Positions 58,751 to 64,000 of a DNA stretch of 64,000 nt are shown here, piece by piece. Both the position numbers and the translations under genes were made by a program. The notes under the pieces were generated by a model. It did no database searches, was not told the DNA's origin, and saw only the letters and a list, made by a program, of their open reading frames with translations. Source of the DNA: Bacillota bacterium (lineage in GTDB: Bacteria; Bacillota; Dethiobacteria; DTU022); NCBI GenBank assembly GCA_046483445.1, contig JAWODD010000028.1, positions 131,568-195,567 of the forward strand, read 5' to 3'. How positions within the stretch are numbered: position 1 is the stretch's first letter; every line of letters starts with the position of its first letter.

Positions 58751-60331
58751 ATGGAGCATTTCCTGGAAAATGGCAGCGGCAGTTTAAGGGAGAAGGTGGT
58801 TTTACTGGATTTCGGCGGACAGTACAGTATGCTCATTGCCCGCAGGGTGAGGGAAGCCGGGGTGTACTGTGAAGTGCTCCCATATGATACTCCTTGCGAA
58901 GTAATCCAGGAACATCATCCTTCCGGCATTATTTTATCCGGCAGCCCGGCCAGTGTTTACCAGGAGGATGCTCCAAGCTGTGACCCGGCTATTTACGAAA
59001 TTGGGGTGCCAATCCTTGGAATTTGCTATGGGATGCATTTTTTAACTGTCAACTTGGGCGGGGAGGTAAAAAAGGGCAGCCGTTCTGAGTTTGGGCGGAC
59101 TACTTTTAGCGTTGAGCAGCCGGGGCCACTTTTCAAAGCTTCTTTGTTTGAAGATGAAAGTTATTGTTACGGTTGGATGAGCCACCAGGATGAGGTGATC
59201 AAACCACCGCCCGGTTTTACGGTTCTGGCCCGCTCTGAGAATGGAGCTATGGCAGCTATCGGTGACTACGATCGGAAAATATACGGACTGCAGTTTCATC
59301 CGGAAGTGCTGCACACCCCCGGTGGCACTACTTTGCTTGAAAGTTTTCTTTATGATCTCTGCGGTTGCAGCCACACCTGGACCCCTCGCAGCTTTATCGA
59401 GGATGCAGTGGCCAAGATTCGTCGCTTAGTGGGCGAAAAAGAAAAAGTGGTTTGCGCTTTAAGCGGTGGTGTGGATTCTTCCGTGGTGGCTTTTTTGCTA
59501 GACAAAGCTCTGGGCAACCGGGCTGTTTTTATCTTTGTCGACCACGGACTTCTGCGTCTTAATGAAGCCGAAGAGGTAGCCAGGCTTTACCGGGAAGGTC
59601 TACAGGGAGAATTTATCCATATCGACGCCAAAGAAAGATTTTTAAAAAGACTTGAAGGGGTAACCGATCCGGAAGAAAAAAGGCGGATTATTGGTAATGA
59701 ATTTATTGCTGTTTTTAAGGAAAAAGCCCTTTCCATGGGCGATATTACCTACCTGGCCCAGGGCACCATTTATCCCGACGTTATCGAGAGCGGTTCCGCT
59801 TACGGTTCTGCAGTGATCAAATCGCACCATAATGTTGGCGGATTGCCAGAGGAATTGAGCTTTGAGCTGATCGAACCTTTGCGAGAGCTGTTTAAAGATG
59901 AAGTGCGCCTGGTGGGAGCTGAACTCGGTCTCCCGGATAAAATTTTGAAACGACAGCCTTTTCCAGGCCCGGGTTTGGCAGTAAGAATTATCGGTGCGGT
60001 CTCAGCCTATAAGCTTGACCTGTTGCAGCAGGCCGATGCCATTTTTAGAAATGAAATTGAAAAAGCCGGTTTTAAAGATGATCTATGGCAGTTTTTTGCT
60101 GTATTAACCGATATCCAGGTAGTAGGGGTGAAAGGTGACGGTCGCCATTACGGTCCGGTTATTGCTTTAAGAGCGGTGGTTTCAGAGGATGCCATGACTG
60201 CTGACTGGGCCAGGCTGCCCCATGATTTGCTGGAAAAAATATCAGCCCGCATTACCGGCGAAATCCCGGATGTGGCCAGGGTGGTTTATGATATTACTTC
60301 CAAGCCACCGGGAACAATCGAGTGGGAGTAG
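58751..60331 (+). CDS. guaA: GMP synthase (glutamine-hydrolysing)
   Basis: A class I GATase, the ATP-PPase motif SGGVDSS and the dimerisation domain are present. Confidence 0.9.
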   Translation: MEHFLENGSGSLREKVVLLDFGGQYSMLIARRVREAGVYCEVLPYDTPCEVIQEHHPSGIILSGSPASVYQEDAPSCDPAIYEIGVPILGICYGMHFLTVNLGGEVKKGSRSEFGRTTFSVEQPGPLFKASLFEDESYCYGWMSHQDEVIKPPPGFTVLARSENGAMAAIGDYDRKIYGLQFHPEVLHTPGGTTLLESFLYDLCGCSHTWTPRSFIEDAVAKIRRLVGEKEKVVCALSGGVDSSVVAFLLDKALGNRAVFIFVDHGLLRLNEAEEVARLYREGLQGEFIHIDAKERFLKRLEGVTDPEEKRRIIGNEFIAVFKEKALSMGDITYLAQGTIYPDVIESGSAYGSAVIKSHHNVGGLPEELSFELIEPLRELFKDEVRLVGAELGLPDKILKRQPFPGPGLAVRIIGAVSAYKLDLLQQADAIFRNEIEKAGFKDDLWQFFAVLTDIQVVGVKGDGRHYGPVIALRAVVSEDAMTADWARLPHDLLEKISARITGEIPDVARVVYDITSKPPGTIEWE

Positions 60332-60339
60332 CCAATTAA

Positions 60340-60372
60340 AAAGAGTTTACCAGACTTTTGTAAACTCTTTCA
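60340..60372. terminator. Bidirectional terminator between guaA and pdxT
   Basis: AAGAGTTTAC-cagacttttg-GTAAACTCTT. Confidence 0.55.
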
Positions 60373-60406
60373 AAAGAAATAATCTAGTCAAACCTGATTA
60401 TTTTAA

Positions 60407-60985
60407 TTAAAGCTTTTTGCAGATAGCGATAAAGTACTGATGTACCCTTAAATCATCGGCTAATTCAGGGTGGAAAGAAGTAACCAGCATGTTGCCCTGG
60501 CGGGCGGCCACGATTCCTTCCGGCAATTCTGCCAGGCTGGTTACTTTTGCGCTCGCTTCTTCAACAATCGGCGCCCGGATAAAAACTCCGGTTAGGGATT
60601 CTTCAAAAGCGTTGAATTCCAGGCTGGTCTCAAAACTTTCCCGCTGGCGACCAAAAGCGTTCCGTTTTACTTTTATATCCATTAACTCCAGCTTGAGCTG
60701 GCCCTGGATCCCATCTGAAACCTCATTAGCCATCAAAACCATCCCGGCACAGGTGCCAAAAACGGCAAGATTGTCATTTTTACTGCGAGTTTTGATTGTT
60801 TCTGTCAAGCCTGCTTCTGCAATCAGCTTTCCGATGGTGGTGCTTTCTCCACCGGGAATGATTAACCCTGTTACCCGGGATAAACTTTCTTTATCACTTA
60901 CCGCCAGTGCTTGAACACCGCATAAACCAAGCATTTTTAGATGCTCAGAAACAGCGCCCTGCACTGAAAGGACCCCAATTTTCAT
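60407..60985 (-). CDS. pdxT: Pyridoxal 5'-phosphate synthase glutaminase subunit
   Basis: 192 aa; it matches the PdxT/SNO family. Confidence 0.9.
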   Translation of the reverse strand: MKIGVLSVQGAVSEHLKMLGLCGVQALAVSDKESLSRVTGLIIPGGESTTIGKLIAEAGLTETIKTRSKNDNLAVFGTCAGMVLMANEVSDGIQGQLKLELMDIKVKRNAFGRQRESFETSLEFNAFEESLTGVFIRAPIVEEASAKVTSLAELPEGIVAARQGNMLVTSFHPELADDLRVHQYFIAICKKL

Positions 60986-61003
60986 TATAGATGGTTTCTC
61001 CTG

Positions 61004-61888
61004 TTAAATACCGCGTTCTTGCATGCGATCGGAATCTGTCAAAGTGGCCATTTCCAGGCCGGGCATAGCCTGACCCAACCCTTTTGATACTTCGGCAAGC
61101 AGCCTGGGATCATTGTAATGCATGGTTGCCTTAACAATTGATTCGGCTACTTTTTGCGGGTTACTTGCTTTGAATATGCCTGATCCAACAAAAATGCCAT
61201 CGGAACCGAGCTGCATCATGAAAGCGGCATCTGCCGGAGAAGCGATCCCGCCGGCGGCGAAATTAACGACAGGCAGACGCCCTTCTTTTCTTACTTCTTC
61301 AAGCATTTCAACGGATACACCCATTTCCTTGGCCATAACTACAAGTTCGTCATCTGCTTTGCCCATTACCTGGCGGATTTGATCCATGACTCTGCGCATA
61401 TGGCGAACCGCTTCAACCACATTGCCGGTTCCAGGTTCACCCTTGGTCCGGATCATGGCCGCTCCTTCAGAAATCCGGCGTAGAGCTTCACCAAGATCCC
61501 TGGCGCCGCAGACAAAAGGTACTTTGAAAAGGTGCTTGTTTATATGATACTGTTCATCAGCCGGGGTTAGCACTTCACTTTCATCAACATAATCGACACC
61601 AAGTTCTTCCATTACCTGAGCTTCGGCTATATGCCCAATCCTCACTTTGGCCATTACCGGGATGGTTACTGCATCCATAATCTTTTGGACCATAACCGGG
61701 TCGGCCATGCGGGCTACCCCGCCGGCTGCCCTGATATCTGCCGGAACCCGTTCCAGGGCCATTACCGCTACAGCGCCTGAATCTTCGGCAATTTTTGCCT
61801 GTTCTACGGTGGTGACATCCATGATCACCCCGCCTTTTTGCATCTGGGCCATGCCCTTTTTAACCCGAAAAGTTCCTTGCTCTTTCAT
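61004..61888 (-). CDS. pdxS: Pyridoxal 5'-phosphate synthase lyase subunit
   Basis: 294 aa; it matches the PdxS/SNZ family. Confidence 0.9.
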   Translation of the reverse strand: MKEQGTFRVKKGMAQMQKGGVIMDVTTVEQAKIAEDSGAVAVMALERVPADIRAAGGVARMADPVMVQKIMDAVTIPVMAKVRIGHIAEAQVMEELGVDYVDESEVLTPADEQYHINKHLFKVPFVCGARDLGEALRRISEGAAMIRTKGEPGTGNVVEAVRHMRRVMDQIRQVMGKADDELVVMAKEMGVSVEMLEEVRKEGRLPVVNFAAGGIASPADAAFMMQLGSDGIFVGSGIFKASNPQKVAESIVKATMHYNDPRLLAEVSKGLGQAMPGLEMATLTDSDRMQERGI

Positions 61889-61929
61889 TTAAAAATCCCC
61901 CTAACTGATCATTGTTATTTTTATAACAG

Positions 61930-62715
61930 TTAATTAATCGGCCTAACCGGGAGTCCTTTTGAGGACAAAAAATCTTTAATATCTTTAATCCTGTAAGTAC
62001 CGTAGTGCAGTATGGAAGCGGCCAGGACGGCATGCGCTTTACCGCCGGTCAGTGCTTCATAAAGATGCTCTAAGTTGCCGGCGCCGCCTGAAGCAATCAC
62101 GGGGATTTCAACAGCGTCAACTACGGTGGAAAGCAGTTCATTATCGTAACCTTCCAGGGTGCCGTCTGCATCCATGGAGGTAAGCAGTATTTCACCGGCT
62201 CCTAATTTTTCTGCTTCGATTGCCCAGTCGATTACATTGCGTCCTGTAGGTTTTCTTCCTCCGTGGCTGTAGACTTCCCATTGTAAGTCATTCTTTGGAT
62301 TACTTTCAGGTGCAGTCTGCTTGGCATCTATCGCTGCTACAATACATTGACTGCCAAACTGTTCCGCTCCTTCCCGGATTAATCCGGGATATTTCAAAGC
62401 GGCAGTGTTTAGCGAGATTTTGTCGGCCCCTGCGTTTAAGAGTTTCTGCATAAATTCGACGCTGTCAATACCGCCGCCTACGGTTAAGGGAATAAAAACA
62501 GCGTCAGCAGTTTTTTCTACTACATCGACAATAGTCTGACGCCTTTCCACAGATGCGGTGATATCTAAAAAGATTAGTTCGTCGGCACCTTCACTGTTGT
62601 AAAAGGCGGCCATTTCCACGGGGTCCCCGGCATCCCTTAAATTAAGAAAGCGGGTTCCCTTGACCACCCGGCCGTCCCGCACATCCAAACACGGTATGAT
62701 TCTTTTTGCCAGCAT
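61930..62715 (-). CDS. hisF: Imidazole glycerol phosphate synthase cyclase subunit
   Basis: RIIPCLDV...GADK is typical of HisF. Confidence 0.85.
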   Translation of the reverse strand: MLAKRIIPCLDVRDGRVVKGTRFLNLRDAGDPVEMAAFYNSEGADELIFLDITASVERRQTIVDVVEKTADAVFIPLTVGGGIDSVEFMQKLLNAGADKISLNTAALKYPGLIREGAEQFGSQCIVAAIDAKQTAPESNPKNDLQWEVYSHGGRKPTGRNVIDWAIEAEKLGAGEILLTSMDADGTLEGYDNELLSTVVDAVEIPVIASGGAGNLEHLYEALTGGKAHAVLAASILHYGTYRIKDIKDFLSSKGLPVRPIN

Positions 62716-62719
62716 AATA

Positions 62720-63388
62720 TTAATATTCTCCTGTGTGACTATCTTTTAGGTACCTTCGATCGGCTATAATATTACCAAAATTAGCGAGCAGACGCAAGCC
62801 TGCGGGGCCGCTCTTTTCAGGATGAAATTGCACCCCATAGAGATTGCCGGATTTTACTGCTGCGGTGAAAGAAAAACCATATTCGGTTAATCCCAGGATC
62901 TTTTCTTCTTTAATTGGCCTGGCGTAGTAGGAATGGGTGAAGTAAAAATAAGCTCCCTCGCTTAAACCTTCGAAGAGAAAGTTTTCATAAGCCGGCATAA
63001 CTTTATTCCAACCCACATGAGGCACGGGCAGCCCGGCTGGAAAACGCTTAACCTCTCCCTTAATTACATTTAAACCCCTGGCTGGTTCATCGGTGTGGCT
63101 TAAACTGGACTCTTCACTTTTTGAAAATAACAACTGCATCCCGAGGCAGATGCCCAGAAAAGGTCTGTCCTCGGTGATAACTTTCAGCAAAGCCCAGGTT
63201 AATTTTTTCTTGTGAATTAAAGAAGATGCGTGGGCAAAGGATCCTACCCCGGGAAATATAACCGCCTGGGCTGCGGCAATAAGCCTGGGATCTCCCGAAA
63301 CAACCGGTTCCAGGGATATTTTTTTTACAGCTTTATAGATGCTGCTTAAGTTTGCGCATTCGCTGTCTACGATAACTACTTGAGCCAT
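62720..63388 (-). CDS. hisH: Imidazole glycerol phosphate synthase glutamine amidotransferase subunit
   Basis: It is a class I GATase with ...GICLGMQLL... and HPEKS. Confidence 0.85.
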   Translation of the reverse strand: MAQVVIVDSECANLSSIYKAVKKISLEPVVSGDPRLIAAAQAVIFPGVGSFAHASSLIHKKKLTWALLKVITEDRPFLGICLGMQLLFSKSEESSLSHTDEPARGLNVIKGEVKRFPAGLPVPHVGWNKVMPAYENFLFEGLSEGAYFYFTHSYYARPIKEEKILGLTEYGFSFTAAVKSGNLYGVQFHPEKSGPAGLRLLANFGNIIADRRYLKDSHTGEY

Positions 63389-63505
63389 TTAATTCCTCTT
63401 CCATTTGAAAAGGTTCTAGAAACTGTCATAAAATATCCCTTTTTACTTTACCACTCACACCATCTTTATTATACTACAAACTTGCGATTATGGGAGTAGA
63501 TGGAT

Positions 63506-64000
63506 CTATCGGCAATTAGCAGTTTTTAGTATAGCTTCTGATTCAATTTCCTGAAAAATTTCTCCCAGGGTTTTTATGCCGGTGACGATATCTTCCAGGC
63601 AGGGTTGACTGAAAGAAAAACGGGCGCATTTTTTCCCGCTGCCGTTGCTAGAAAATCCTTCCCCGTGCACGAAGGCAACATTTCTTTGCAGGGCTAAATC
63701 AAGCAATTCTTTGCTGTTGGGGTAGTAGGTGGGGAAAACAACCCAGATAAAGAATCCCCCGCCCGGCTTATTGAAGCTGACACTTACCGGAAAGTATTTT
63801 TCCATGGCATTGATCATGGCATCTCTTTTTTCACGGTAAAGATGGCGTAATTTTTTGGTATGTCTTCCCACATAACCATCCCGGGTTAACTTATAAGCCA
63901 GCTGCTGGCCCAACGAACCGGAACAAAGGTCGGCGCTTTGCTTGGCCAGAGTTATTTTTTCAATTAACTGCCTGGAACCGGCCAGCCAACCAATCCGGAT
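63506..64000 (-). CDS. PLP-dependent aminotransferase class I/II, C-terminal part (5' end outside the window)
   Basis: The frame is open to the window edge. ...RIGWLAGSRQLIEKI... matches the aminotransferase lysine-region/C-terminal domain. Confidence 0.7.
   Translation of the reverse strand: MRIGWLAGSRQLIEKITLAKQSADLCSGSLGQQLAYKLTRDGYVGRHTKKLRHLYREKRDAMINAMEKYFPVSVSFNKPGGGFFIWVVFPTYYPNSKELLDLALQRNVAFVHGEGFSSNGSGKKCARFSFSQPCLEDIVTGIKTLGEIFQEIESEAILKTANCR

Overview
This is a 64-kb chromosomal window from an anaerobic, moderately low-GC (mid-40s % by eye) Firmicute. Nothing mobile, no CRISPR array and no rRNA genes are visible. The gene content points to a Clostridia / Peptococcaceae-like, Pelotomaculum or Desulfotomaculum-type organism. 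Supporting features are a methylmalonyl-CoA propionate-pathway cluster, an archaeal-type split glutamate synthase, a class II B12 ribonucleotide reductase, Rex, widespread T-box and ANTAR-style RNA regulation, and common GTG/TTG start codons.

Genes in order along the window:
- asd (3' part), a DAHP synthase and tyrA.
- An Rrf2-family regulator.
- Dodecin, DegV/FakB, a DUF151 bifunctional nuclease and a MATE efflux pump.
- A complete oppABCDF-type peptide ABC transporter on the minus strand.
- A hotdog-fold thioesterase and an M23 peptidase.
- A c-di-GMP-I riboswitch with an intrinsic terminator, in front of a PAS-GGDEF-HD-GYP gene.
- tRNA-Leu(TAG).
- A bEBP-like regulator with degenerate sigma54-contact and Walker B motifs.
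- A propionate / methylmalonyl-CoA cluster: sucCD-like genes, the methylmalonyl-CoA mutase catalytic and B12-binding subunits, the epimerase and the carboxyltransferase.
- A T-box leader followed by argCJBDGH.
- A COG3044 ABC-class ATPase, fadD and a DUF456 membrane protein.
- A soluble PAS histidine kinase, a single-domain receiver, a radical SAM protein with a CX4CX2C motif, DUF503 and a YtqB-like methyltransferase.
- A polyprenyl synthase and rex.
- A five-tRNA operon (Asp-Phe-Gly-Cys-Leu).
- nrdJ.
- An unannotated 30-aa poly-basic ORF, an FmdB zinc ribbon and pyrG.
- An ANTAR regulator and glnA, which has a leader terminator.
- A three-gene archaeal-type glutamate synthase (GOGAT).
- purF, guaA, pdxST, hisHF and a partial aminotransferase.

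The points most worth a second look are the riboswitch and GGDEF/HD-GYP loop, the probably ATPase-dead, sigma54-independent bEBP paralogue next to the propionate cluster, the glnA attenuator with its ANTAR gene, the unusual split glutamate synthase and the surrounding glutamine-amidotransferase neighbourhood, the unannotated poly-basic small ORF, two genes whose conserved N-termini require non-AUG/GUG/UUG starts, and an uncharacterised two-component / radical-SAM module.
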